From: an uncultured Pelagibacteraceae bacterium
Lineage (GTDB): Bacteria; Pseudomonadota; Alphaproteobacteria; Pelagibacterales; Pelagibacteraceae
DNA: 64,000 bases
Reading direction: 5' to 3'
Assembly: GCA_902574695.1 (NCBI GenBank)
Contig: CACGON010000001.1
Span: 189,315 to 253,314 of the forward strand
In this document: one piece after another, positions 33,434 to 42,826 of the stretch
How positions within the stretch are numbered: position 1 is the stretch's first letter
Layout: each line of letters begins with the position of its first letter
Made by a program: the position numbers and the translations under genes
The notes under the pieces: generated by a model
What the model was told of the DNA's origin: nothing
Database searches by the model: none
What the model saw: the letters and a program-made list of their open reading frames with translations, nothing else

Positions 33434-34500
33434 TATGAGAACAAAGCCTTAATAAAAATCCATTTTGGCATTTTAGATATAATAGTAAGATCTTCCAAAA
33501 AATTGCTTTTATTAGATAAAAATTTTATAACAGTATTTGGTGAAGTCTTAAACATTTTAAAGAATATATCAGACATTCTATTTGGATGTTTTTTTAATAC
33601 ATTCAGAAAAATTTTATCTAAAAATTGGTATTTTTTATTCATTTCATACTTTTTTAAATTAAAAATATTTTCAATATTTTCTCTTATATATTTACTTTGT
33701 TCTTGAATGTTCAAAAAAGTATAACCGGTGCTAAGTCTCGTCATACCACCTGCTGTACCAATATCCATTTTATTTCTTTTATTTAAACTCGGGGGATAAA
33801 AAAGTGGAATTGCGCCGACTTCTTTATAAACAATATTATAATCTTTAATTTTTAAATTATTTTCAATGTAGTTCTTGAGTTGATCATCATAATCTTTTTC
33901 TTTGTCAGACATTTTTGATAGCCATGTAGTTTCTATTAGAGCTTTATTTGATGAATAAGGGAGAGTGTAAAAAAAATGCACACTATCTCTTTGTTCACAA
34001 TCGAAATCCATTAAATTTATTATACTGTCATCAAAAGTATTATTTTTGGTTTCAATTTCAATACCACAGAAGTGTTGCCATAGGTTATTATCTATATCTT
34101 TATTTGGCAAGGGAACACTATTAAAAATAAATGAATTTGTCGTGTCTATATCTTTTATGTTCTGATAAAAATTAATATTCTTATTTTTTTTTAATTCATT
34201 ATTTATTTTTTTGTAAAATAAACCACTATCTACACTTTGGTATGGAAAGTCACTACATTTCAAATGATTAGTACCTAAAGGAGAATTTATAGAAAAATTT
34301 TTCCAATTTTTAATTATACAATCATCAAAGTTATGATCTATTACTTTCCAAAAAGACCAAGTTTTATCCCTGCTATACTCTTGTCTTGGTTCAATAATTG
34401 CTAGAGTTTTATTCTCTAATTTTTTATGTAAATTAAGTTCATAAGCCAATGATAGACCCGCACATCCTCCACCAATTATAGTATAATCAAATTCTTTCAT
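33433..34500 (-). CDS. crtY: Lycopene beta-cyclase
   Basis: GGGCAGLSLA, DKTWSFW, LMDF, F.Y.LP, E.G.IP, GTAGG..R.STGY. Confidence 0.9.
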   Translation of the reverse strand: MKEFDYTIIGGGCAGLSLAYELNLHKKLENKTLAIIEPRQEYSRDKTWSFWKVIDHNFDDCIIKNWKNFSINSPLGTNHLKCSDFPYQSVDSGLFYKKINNELKKNKNINFYQNIKDIDTTNSFIFNSVPLPNKDIDNNLWQHFCGIEIETKNNTFDDSIINLMDFDCEQRDSVHFFYTLPYSSNKALIETTWLSKMSDKEKDYDDQLKNYIENNLKIKDYNIVYKEVGAIPLFYPPSLNKRNKMDIGTAGGMTRLSTGYTFLNIQEQSKYIRENIENIFNLKKYEMNKKYQFLDKIFLNVLKKHPNRMSDIFFKMFKTSPNTVIKFLSNKSNFLEDLTIISKMPKWIFIKALFS

Positions 34501-35335
34501 CTAAATTAATTTTTTCATTAATTATATTATGCTCATTTTTTCTTAAATGTTCGTCGGATTTGACAAATATTAATTTAATAAAATCTAAAATACTTAAAAA
34601 AGTTTGGTTTAATTTACCAAAGTTAGAGACATAAATTTTTCCTGAGTTTTTGTAATTTTCTATATTTTTCCTTTTAAGAATTTCATTTCCTATTTGTCTG
34701 TATACTCTTCTAGCAACTATAATTGCAAATCTACAATTTAATGGTATCTGATTAATTGATTTAAAGGAACTATCATAAAATCTATCTGCAAGTTTTAATG
34801 TTTCTTTGATACTTTCAAAGTTGGGATTTATATAACTTCTATTTCTATTACTATCTTCAATTACATCCCGTGCAATATTAGTTAGCTGCATAGCAATACC
34901 AAGATCAATTGCTGATTTTAGTGAATTTTTTGATTTAACTTTAAGTATTTTTGCCATCATAAGGCCAACAGTACCGGCAACACGATAAGAGTATATAATT
35001 AAATCATTATTTGTATCTAATTTAACTCTATTTTTTAAATCTGCCTCAACTCCATCAAATAAGTCTAAGATTATTTTGGTTGAAATTTGAGAATTTTTTA
35101 CTAACCCATAAATTTTATTAATAATTTTATTATTAAAATTTTTATTAAGAAAATCCTTTTTTAAATCTTCAAATAACTTCTTCTTAATATCCAAATCTAA
35201 ATCTTGGTCAGCGATATCATCTAAAGTTCTACAAAAATCATATAAATCGGAGCACTTTTTATAAGTTTTTTTAGGGAGAAAAAAACCAGCCCAATTAAAA
35301 GATTTTGCATAAATTGATAAAAAATTTTGAGACAT
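34487..35335 (-). CDS. crtB: Phytoene synthase
   Basis: AKSF, CRTLDDIAD, YRVAGTVG, AMQLTNIARDVIED. Confidence 0.95.
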   Translation of the reverse strand: MSQNFLSIYAKSFNWAGFFLPKKTYKKCSDLYDFCRTLDDIADQDLDLDIKKKLFEDLKKDFLNKNFNNKIINKIYGLVKNSQISTKIILDLFDGVEADLKNRVKLDTNNDLIIYSYRVAGTVGLMMAKILKVKSKNSLKSAIDLGIAMQLTNIARDVIEDSNRNRSYINPNFESIKETLKLADRFYDSSFKSINQIPLNCRFAIIVARRVYRQIGNEILKRKNIENYKNSGKIYVSNFGKLNQTFLSILDFIKLIFVKSDEHLRKNEHNIINEKINLDERI

Positions 35336-36795
35336 TAGAGAATTTTATCTAAAACTTTAGCTGAGGACAGCACTCCTGGAACACCAGCTCCTGGGTGAGT
35401 ACCAGCACCGACAAAATATAATCCATCATAAATTTCCGATTTGTTATGAAATCTGAAGTAAGCTGATTGCGAAAATTTTGGCTGAATTGAAAAACCTGAA
35501 CCATATTTAGTATTTAAATCTTTCTCGAAATAGTCCGGAGTCAAGTAAAAGTCTTCTATAATATTTTCTTTTAAATTTGGCATTAAATCTTTCTCCATTT
35601 TGCCAATCACCAAATTTTTCATTTTTTCACCCTCTACAGACCAATTTATTTTTGATTGGTTATTAGGCACTGGTACTAAAACATAAAAGCAATCTTTTCC
35701 ATCAGGCGCCATAGATTTATCAGTCGCAGAAGGTCTATGAAGATAATAACTAATATCATCATTTAATTTTTTATTTTCAAATATATCATCAAGATGCTCT
35801 TTATATTTATTACCAAATTTTATTGTATGATGTTCTATGTTGTCATATTTTATTTTTGTTCCAAAATAATAGACAAAAAGACCCATTGAGTATTCCATCC
35901 TATCTTTTTTCCATTTAAATAAAATAGGCTGACTAGAGCTTCCATTTAACATTTTTTCATAAACTGCTGGTGGGTCTGCATTACATATAACATTATTTGC
36001 TTTGATATTACTTTTATCATCTAGTTCTATACCTATTATTTTATTACCGGCTGAGATAATCCTTTTAACTTCGTGACCTTTAATTACTTTAATACCTACC
36101 TCGCTCATTAATTTTTCAAGACCATTTATTATATTTCCAGTTCCACCCATTGAATAATGTATTCCCCATTTTTTTTCTAAATATAAAATTAATCCATAAA
36201 TAGATGTTGTCGTAAAAGGGTTTCCACCAACCAAAAGTGGATGCATGCTTAACATTCTTCTCAATTTTTCATTTTTAATGTAAGAGGAAACCAAAGAGTA
36301 TACCGATTTGTAACTTTTAAGTTTTAGTAATGAGGGTAGTTGCTTCATCATAATAAAAGGTCTGTCAAAAGGTACATCCGCAAGTTCAGTGAATCCTTTG
36401 TCAAAAATTTTTTTTGTGAAGCTAACTAATTTTTCATATCCCTTAACATCCACCCTGCTTATTTTCTCGATTTGTCTTTTCATCTCAACCTCATTACCTG
36501 AGTAATTAAATTTTGTGTTATCCTCGAAAATAAATTGATACCAAGTATTTAAGGGAGATAATTTAATATAATTGTTTGGGTCTTTTTGAAATAGTTCAAA
36601 TAATTCATTTATTAAATATGGAGCTGTAATTACAGTGGGGCCACCATCATAAGTAAATCCATTTTTTCTAAAGACTCTTGCTCTACCACCAAGATCTTGA
36701 TGTTTTTCAATTAAGGTTACCTCATGACCCTTGGCTTTGAGGCGAAGGGCAGCAGCCAAACCGCCAAAACCAGAGCCAATTACAATCGATTTCAT
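35335..36795 (-). CDS. crtI: Phytoene desaturase
   Basis: GSGFGGLAAA, DGGPTVIT, LLVGGNPF, VGAGTHPGAGVPGV. Confidence 0.97.
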   Translation of the reverse strand: MKSIVIGSGFGGLAAALRLKAKGHEVTLIEKHQDLGGRARVFRKNGFTYDGGPTVITAPYLINELFELFQKDPNNYIKLSPLNTWYQFIFEDNTKFNYSGNEVEMKRQIEKISRVDVKGYEKLVSFTKKIFDKGFTELADVPFDRPFIMMKQLPSLLKLKSYKSVYSLVSSYIKNEKLRRMLSMHPLLVGGNPFTTTSIYGLILYLEKKWGIHYSMGGTGNIINGLEKLMSEVGIKVIKGHEVKRIISAGNKIIGIELDDKSNIKANNVICNADPPAVYEKMLNGSSSQPILFKWKKDRMEYSMGLFVYYFGTKIKYDNIEHHTIKFGNKYKEHLDDIFENKKLNDDISYYLHRPSATDKSMAPDGKDCFYVLVPVPNNQSKINWSVEGEKMKNLVIGKMEKDLMPNLKENIIEDFYLTPDYFEKDLNTKYGSGFSIQPKFSQSAYFRFHNKSEIYDGLYFVGAGTHPGAGVPGVLSSAKVLDKIL

Positions 36796-36838
36796 TATTG
36801 TAATTTATATTATTTTTTAAAAAAGTAACGAAATTATC

Positions 36839-37336
36839 TTAAGAATTTATTTTCTTTAGAAGTTCCTTGCTTTCCTCTAAATTTTTATCAAATAAATTGT
36901 CTAACTTAGATTGATCAATAGAAGTAGAAAGTATTTTTTTTACTGAGTCTATGGCTATTTTTACCGATGTATTTTTAATGTCTTTCAATGCTTGACTTTT
37001 CATTTGTGAAATTTTTGTTTGTGCTAGGCTTTTTTTTATCTCAGCTGACTTATGAAATTTGTCATTCATTTCTAATATTAAATTTTCACTGTCCTTTTTA
37101 GCTTGCTCTTGAATTTTTTTTACTTCTATCTTCGCTTGTTCAAGTTTATTTTGAGCATTGTCTAATAATACTTTTGACTCATTTCGAAGTTTTTCACTCT
37201 CATCAATCTCATTTTTAATATCTGAAATCATTTTACTTAAAGTTTCATTAATTTTATTTGGCACTTTTAAATAAACTAAAGCTAAAATAAAAATTACAAA
37301 CGATACCCCTACCCAAAATGTTGCATCAATTGCCAT
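36839..37336 (-). CDS. atpF: F0 ATP synthase subunit b
   Basis: MAIDATFWV N-terminal TM followed by a charged helix; start re-assigned to ATG 37336. Confidence 0.92.
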   Translation of the reverse strand: MAIDATFWVGVSFVIFILALVYLKVPNKINETLSKMISDIKNEIDESEKLRNESKVLLDNAQNKLEQAKIEVKKIQEQAKKDSENLILEMNDKFHKSAEIKKSLAQTKISQMKSQALKDIKNTSVKIAIDSVKKILSTSIDQSKLDNLFDKNLEESKELLKKINS

Positions 37337-37916
37337 AGTATTTTCCTCGATTCTTTTTAGACAAATCATCAACAATAGCAGACATACTACTGTTATTAAC
37401 TTCTTCACCAATTAATTGGCGCACAATATCAGACGATGTCTCAATTGCAATTTTCTGAATCTTTTCGGGAGCTTTCTTCACTAATTCTCTGACTTCATCT
37501 TCAGCCCCACTTATCTCAATATTTATTTCCTTCTCCAACGATTGTTTCTTTTTATCAATATCCTCAATTATTTTTTTTCTAGCTTCATTAAAATAATTTT
37601 TAGCTTCATTTTTACTTTTAGTTATAAGCTCTTCATAATTTTTGAGTTTGTTTTCAGCTTCGATTTTTTGCTTTTCAGCAGCCTCAATATTTTCAAGTAT
37701 TTGAGACTTTCTAAGTTCAATATTATTTCTTATCTTTGGAAGAATAAATTTTGAGAGCACTAAAAACAAAATACCAAAGGAAAGTACCAACCAAAAAATT
37801 TGAGAAATCCAAAACTCTGGGTTTAGCTGAGGCATACCTCCGCTTTCAGCACTTTTAGATATTTGAGAAATAAAAGTGCTAAATATTAAATTGAAAAAAA
37901 TAATTTTTCTTAACAT
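37326..37916 (-). CDS. F0 ATP synthase subunit b'
   Basis: GMPQL...SQIFWL...LPKI pattern; lies between atpE and atpF. Confidence 0.92.
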   Translation of the reverse strand: MLRKIIFFNLIFSTFISQISKSAESGGMPQLNPEFWISQIFWLVLSFGILFLVLSKFILPKIRNNIELRKSQILENIEAAEKQKIEAENKLKNYEELITKSKNEAKNYFNEARKKIIEDIDKKKQSLEKEINIEISGAEDEVRELVKKAPEKIQKIAIETSSDIVRQLIGEEVNNSSMSAIVDDLSKKNRGKYYGN

Positions 37917-37919
37917 TAA

Positions 37920-38147
37920 TTAAAATGCAAACAAAATTATCAATGCAACTACCAATCCAAATAATCCTGTGGCCTCAGCTAAAGCGAATCCTAAAAGTAA
38001 GTTAGGAAACTGCTTTTGAGCCGCAGAGGGATTTCTCATTGCGCCCGAAAGGTAATTACCAAAAATAATACCTATTCCTACTCCCGCGCCCGCAAGAGCT
38101 ATAGCCGCCAATCCTGCTCCAATCATTTTTGCTGCTTCTAGTTCCAT
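37920..38147 (-). CDS. atpE: F0 ATP synthase subunit c
   Basis: GAGLA...GAGVGIG, RNP, FALAEA. Confidence 0.99.
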   Translation of the reverse strand: MELEAAKMIGAGLAAIALAGAGVGIGIIFGNYLSGAMRNPSAAQKQFPNLLLGFALAEATGLFGLVVALIILFAF

Positions 38148-38161
38148 TATTCCTCCTATTG

Positions 38162-38896
38162 TTAATGGTGTAAATTTAATGCATCATTCAAATAGATGCA
38201 TGTTAAAATTGCAAAAACATAAGCTTGAAGAAAAGCAACTAATATCTCCAAGCCTGTTAATGCAACTGAAAAACTTAGTGGTAGCCAACCACCCACAACT
38301 CCAAGGCTTATTACAAAGCCTCCAAAAACCTTCATCATTGTATGACCAGCCATCATGTTAGCAAACAAACGAACTGATAAACTTATTGGTCTACTTAAAT
38401 AAGAAATTACCTCAATAACAACAATTAGTGGCAACAAAACTAATGGCACTCCACTTGGTACAAAGAGTTTCAAATATCCAAGACCATGTTTTATAAAGCC
38501 AATAATAGTAACCCCAATAAAGATTAATGATGCAAGAAAAAAAGTAACAATAATGTGGCTCGTTACAGTAAAAGAGTAGGGCAGCATACCAAACATGTTG
38601 CAGAAGAGCACAAACATAAATAATGAGAATATTAAATTAAAATATGGTTTGCCTTTGCTACCAGCTGTGTCACTTATCATTTTTGAAATAAATGAGTAAC
38701 TGAGTTCAGCAAGAAGTTGAATTTTATTAGGAATAATATTTTTTTTTGAGGAACCTAAATTAAAAATAAATAAAATACTTAAAGCACTTATTATCATGAA
38801 TAAGCTTGCATTAGTAAAAGAAATATCTATTTGATTTATCTTAATTTCAGGTCCAATTCGATAAACCTCGAATTGATGCATTGGATTTGTTGCCAT
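38162..38896 (-). CDS. atpB: F0 ATP synthase subunit a
   Basis: PMHQF, RPISLSVRLFANMMAGH, LQAYVF. Confidence 0.99.
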   Translation of the reverse strand: MATNPMHQFEVYRIGPEIKINQIDISFTNASLFMIISALSILFIFNLGSSKKNIIPNKIQLLAELSYSFISKMISDTAGSKGKPYFNLIFSLFMFVLFCNMFGMLPYSFTVTSHIIVTFFLASLIFIGVTIIGFIKHGLGYLKLFVPSGVPLVLLPLIVVIEVISYLSRPISLSVRLFANMMAGHTMMKVFGGFVISLGVVGGWLPLSFSVALTGLEILVAFLQAYVFAILTCIYLNDALNLHH

Positions 38897-38900
38897 AAGT

Positions 38901-39179
38901 TTACTTTATTTGCATATTTTTCGCAGATTTTACTACGTTCATAATTCCAGCAATAACACCTACAAAAAAAAATATTAAAATTAACCATGGTTTAGTACCA
39001 AACCAATTGTCAAAAATAAACCCAATAATAGTCCCTACCGCGACTGCGGCTACAAACTCTGTGCTCATTTTAAAAGCCATACCCAAAACAGAGGATTTAT
39101 TTCCCTCGTTTTTATCACTTTGGTCAGATATTTTCTTTTTTGCAATTTCTAGGCGAGTTTTGAACTTTTTATCTGCCAT
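38901..39179 (-). CDS. atpI: ATP synthase protein I (AtpZ/AtpI family)
   Basis: EFVAAV.VG..IG..D.WFGT.PW pattern upstream of atpB. Confidence 0.9.
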   Translation of the reverse strand: MADKKFKTRLEIAKKKISDQSDKNEGNKSSVLGMAFKMSTEFVAAVAVGTIIGFIFDNWFGTKPWLILIFFFVGVIAGIMNVVKSAKNMQIK

Positions 39180-39187
39180 TTTAAGAT

Positions 39188-41761
39188 TTAAGCAACCATG
39201 CTCTCAGCTTTTTGTAAGTCTACCGCAACTAACTGACTTATTCCTTTTTCAGGCATTGTAACTCCATATAATTTGTTCATCTTAGACATTGTTAATGCAT
39301 GGTGAGTAACAATTATAAATCTTGTTTGAGTAATTTTTGTCAGTTCTTCTAATAAATTACAAAACCTAGTTACGTTAGCGTCATCAAGTGGAGCATCAAC
39401 CTCATCCAAAACACATATAGGTGAAGGATTAGAAAGGAAGACCGCAAAAATTAAAGATAAGGCGGTTAAAGCTTGCTCACCTCCAGACAAGAGCGTGATT
39501 GATTGGAGTCTTTTTCCAGGTGGGCTGACCAGCATTTCTAGGCCTGCCTCTAATGGATCATCAGCGTCTACAAGTTCTAATTTTGCGTTTCCTCCATTAA
39601 AAAGTTTTGTATAAACCTCGTTAAATTTTCTATTTACTCTTTCAAATGCATCAAGGAGTCTTTCACGACCTTTCTGATTAAGTTCATTAATACTCTCGTT
39701 AAGTTTTGTAATTGCCTGAACAAGATCTTGTCTATCTGTTTCCATTTTTTTTATTTCTGTTTCATATTTTGAGGTTTCCTCATCAGCTCTTAAATTTACT
39801 GATCCCAGTTTTTCTCTTTCTCTTTTTTTTTCATCTAACATTTCTTCCTGTGAAACAGCGTCTGGGAATTCTTCTTGCTTCTCTAAATTTGAATAATCAA
39901 GAATATTATTTTCATTTAAGCTTAACTCAGTATCTATTCGTTCAAGTAAATCATTTCTTCTTTTGTTCAGTCCGTCTATTGTTGCACCAGAGCTTGCCTT
40001 TCTTTCTCTAATTTCAATTGAGCTTTCTTTTATTTTATCAAGCTCTTCTCTAAAATTATTTATTTTTAAATCAATTTCCTCAATCATAATCTCATTCTCA
40101 TTTTTTTCTTTTTCAGATAATCTTAAATTTTCTGAAATTTGTCCCTTTCTTTCTGCCTGTGACTGAGGCTGTTTTTCAAGTTCATTAAATTTATTATTTA
40201 ATTTATTTTTTCTATCATTTAATTCATGAATCATTTTTTCAGAATTATTTAGTAAATTTTTCCAACTATCTATTTCTTTATCAATAGTTTTTATTCTCTC
40301 ATTTCTTTTTATAGACTCTTTTTTAAGATTTTGATTCTTACTATAAATATCGGCGTAAGTTTCTTGTAAATTTTTTATTATTTCATTTTTGGAACTTATG
40401 TCTGATATTTTTTTATGGTCTTCATTTTCATTAATAGTTTGTACTAAGAAACCTAATGTTGTCTTACAAGTATCAAGTATAGTTAGCGCCTCAGAGGTAT
40501 TATTTGAACCTATCAAATTAATTATTTTATCAATATTCGATCGAACTTCATTAATTGTATGTAAATTTTTTTTGAGACTTTCAGAACTAAAATTATTCAG
40601 CAGACCATCCACTTTTTCTTGTTCAGTTTTTAAATTAGCTTTTGCAATTTCTAGATCTGTGTTTGATTGTTTCTCCGTATCGTAATATTTTGAGTCAATA
40701 TCAATTAATTCTTGCTTTTCTTCTTTAAGTCTTTTTTCGTTTGAATTAGCGTCAATAATTATACTTTTTTCTCTATCACTGTCCTCGTCTATAGTTTTAA
40801 TAGAGCTTTTAATATTTTCTATTTCATTTTTAATCCTCTCATTTTCATCATCTAAACTTTTAAGCTCTAAGTTTAATCTTTGAATTTTAGACAAAATTTC
40901 ATAATTCTTATCTCTTACAGGATTAACTTTATTAGTTTCTTCTTGAATTTTTTTTTCAACTTCTTCTATTTTATCATTAAACTTTTGTACTTCACTATCT
41001 GCTTCACTATTAATTTCATTTTCTAATTTTATCTCATGATCAATATCTTTTAATCTTAAGTAATATAATCCAGCTTCAATTTTCTTAATTTCTTCTGATA
41101 TATTTTTATATTTTGCCGCTTCTTCAGCTTGTTTTTGAAGATTTTGTAATTGTTTTTCTTGTTGTCTTCTAAGCTCATCTGCTCTTTTTAAATTATTCTC
41201 AGCAGCGCCAAGTCTCAATTCAGCCTCATGACGCCTAACGTGAAGTCCAGCAATGCCTGCTGCCTCTTCAAGCACCGCTCTTCTATCAGCGGGTTTTGCA
41301 GTTACCAAAGCTCCAATTCTTCCTTGGCTTATAATTGAAGGTGAGTGCGCACCCGTTGAAAGATCAGCAAAAAACATTTGAGCATCTTTTGCTCTTACTT
41401 CCTTGCCGTTAATATAAAATTTTGACCCTTTATCTTTTTCTATTTTTCTTCTAATTTCTATATTCTCTAAATTTTTATATTGTATAGGACCATCTTTATT
41501 TTCATTTGAAATATTAATTATAACCTCTGCAATATTTTTTGATGGTTTATTTGAAGTTCCAGAAAATATTACATCTTCCATTCCTGAACCTCTCATACTT
41601 TTTGCTGAAGTTTCACCCATGCACCATCTTAAAGACTCAACAATATTTGACTTTCCACAACCATTAGGCCCAACAATTCCAGTCAAACCATCATCAATGA
41701 TAAAGCTCGTTTTTTCAGCAAATGATTTAAAACCATTTAGTTGGATTTTTTTAAACTCCAT
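39188..41761 (-). CDS. smc: Chromosome segregation protein SMC (short, 857 aa)
   Basis: GFKSF, Walker A GPNGCGKSN, MRGSGMEDVIF, Q-loop SQG, signature LSGGE, Walker B LDEVDAPLD, TH. Confidence 0.95.
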   Translation of the reverse strand: MEFKKIQLNGFKSFAEKTSFIIDDGLTGIVGPNGCGKSNIVESLRWCMGETSAKSMRGSGMEDVIFSGTSNKPSKNIAEVIINISNENKDGPIQYKNLENIEIRRKIEKDKGSKFYINGKEVRAKDAQMFFADLSTGAHSPSIISQGRIGALVTAKPADRRAVLEEAAGIAGLHVRRHEAELRLGAAENNLKRADELRRQQEKQLQNLQKQAEEAAKYKNISEEIKKIEAGLYYLRLKDIDHEIKLENEINSEADSEVQKFNDKIEEVEKKIQEETNKVNPVRDKNYEILSKIQRLNLELKSLDDENERIKNEIENIKSSIKTIDEDSDREKSIIIDANSNEKRLKEEKQELIDIDSKYYDTEKQSNTDLEIAKANLKTEQEKVDGLLNNFSSESLKKNLHTINEVRSNIDKIINLIGSNNTSEALTILDTCKTTLGFLVQTINENEDHKKISDISSKNEIIKNLQETYADIYSKNQNLKKESIKRNERIKTIDKEIDSWKNLLNNSEKMIHELNDRKNKLNNKFNELEKQPQSQAERKGQISENLRLSEKEKNENEIMIEEIDLKINNFREELDKIKESSIEIRERKASSGATIDGLNKRRNDLLERIDTELSLNENNILDYSNLEKQEEFPDAVSQEEMLDEKKREREKLGSVNLRADEETSKYETEIKKMETDRQDLVQAITKLNESINELNQKGRERLLDAFERVNRKFNEVYTKLFNGGNAKLELVDADDPLEAGLEMLVSPPGKRLQSITLLSGGEQALTALSLIFAVFLSNPSPICVLDEVDAPLDDANVTRFCNLLEELTKITQTRFIIVTHHALTMSKMNKLYGVTMPEKGISQLVAVDLQKAESMVA

Positions 41762-41768
41762 GAAATGT

Positions 41769-42347
41769 TTATATCAGTTTTTGAAGATATTTTTTTAAAT
41801 TTTTAAATGTCAGGTTTTCTTCAAACTTTTCGTCGTTAATAATAATAGTAGGAGTTGCATTTATTTGAAATTTTTTTACACCCTCGATTCGATCAGAAAG
41901 AATATGATCTTCAATTTGCTTACTTTCTAAACATTTGTCAAAATCTATATTAAAATTTCCTAAGTTAACAACATTAAGTAAATTTTTGTTTAGTTCCTCG
42001 AGATCTTTCCCTTTCGCCCAGTCACTTTGATTTTGATATAAAAAATGAAGAATTTTTGAATTCCCGTCATTTTTGCAATGTGCAATTTTTGATGCATTTA
42101 AAGCCGCCATATCAAGTGGGAAGTTTCTAAATTCTATTAATACTAAGCCAGAGTCTATAAATTCATTTTTTATTTCAGGATAAACATTTTTATGGAAATC
42201 TGCACAATGGCTACACGTAAGGGACTCATATACAATTATTTTTATTTTAGCATCAATATTTCCCTCTGATATATGTCTAATCTCTGATGCGTTACAAAAT
42301 GTAGCTAAAGATATTAATATTAAAATTTTAAGTAATATTTTTTTCAT
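41769..42347 (-). CDS. DsbA family thiol-disulfide oxidoreductase
   Basis: Signal peptide, SLTCSHCADFH, FPLD, ATPT; usual position before smc. Confidence 0.92.
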   Translation of the reverse strand: MKKILLKILILISLATFCNASEIRHISEGNIDAKIKIIVYESLTCSHCADFHKNVYPEIKNEFIDSGLVLIEFRNFPLDMAALNASKIAHCKNDGNSKILHFLYQNQSDWAKGKDLEELNKNLLNVVNLGNFNIDFDKCLESKQIEDHILSDRIEGVKKFQINATPTIIINDEKFEENLTFKNLKKYLQKLI

Positions 42348-42826
42348 ATTTTTTTGAAGTGTTTAATCATTTCAAGCAAAGAATTTTTAATTTTATCATT
42401 TTTTATATCAGAAATTTTTTTTGTATATTCGCTATTTGTCGCTTTTTTTTTTATTTTTACTTCAAATTTTTCATTATAACCCTCAAAAGTAATTAGTTTT
42501 ATATTTTTTAAAACGTTTTCATTAAAAAAATTATTTACTTTATCAACCACTTGTTTTTTTGAATATTCCATATCTACTTCGTGTCCTCTTTTGACCATTA
42601 TTTCCAAAAGACTTCCTCTAACTTTGTTCTCACTTTTAAAAGATTTTGGATAGCAAATTTTAAATAAATCATCTCCAACAATGATTCTCCAGTTATCTAA
42701 CAACTCAGAGTATATGTGTCCTTTTTTTTTTATAATTCCTCTTACTTTTGCAGGCAAAGTATCTTTAAAAGATCTTAGTCCTTGAACGGATCTCATTCGT
42801 TGCTTACTATAAGATTTAAATTTCAT
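42344..42826 (-). CDS. DUF721/DciA family protein
   Basis: W..IVG motif and the mutY-DUF721-dsbA-smc context conserved in alphaproteobacteria. Confidence 0.75.
   Translation of the reverse strand: MKFKSYSKQRMRSVQGLRSFKDTLPAKVRGIIKKKGHIYSELLDNWRIIVGDDLFKICYPKSFKSENKVRGSLLEIMVKRGHEVDMEYSKKQVVDKVNNFFNENVLKNIKLITFEGYNEKFEVKIKKKATNSEYTKKISDIKNDKIKNSLLEMIKHFKKI

Noticed and set aside
32498-36795. Carotenoid/retinal cluster as a recent horizontally acquired island
   Set aside because: Base composition looks like the flanks, the genes overlap core ispH, there are no mobility genes or flanking repeats, and this arrangement is known for SAR11.
39188-41761. SMC as a Wadjet/MksB/SbcC/RecN-type protein
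   Set aside because: Head sequences are canonical Smc (GFKSF, GPNGCGKSN, LDEVDAPLD), it sits in the conserved dsbA-smc-atpI position, and no jet/mks/sbcD partners are adjacent.
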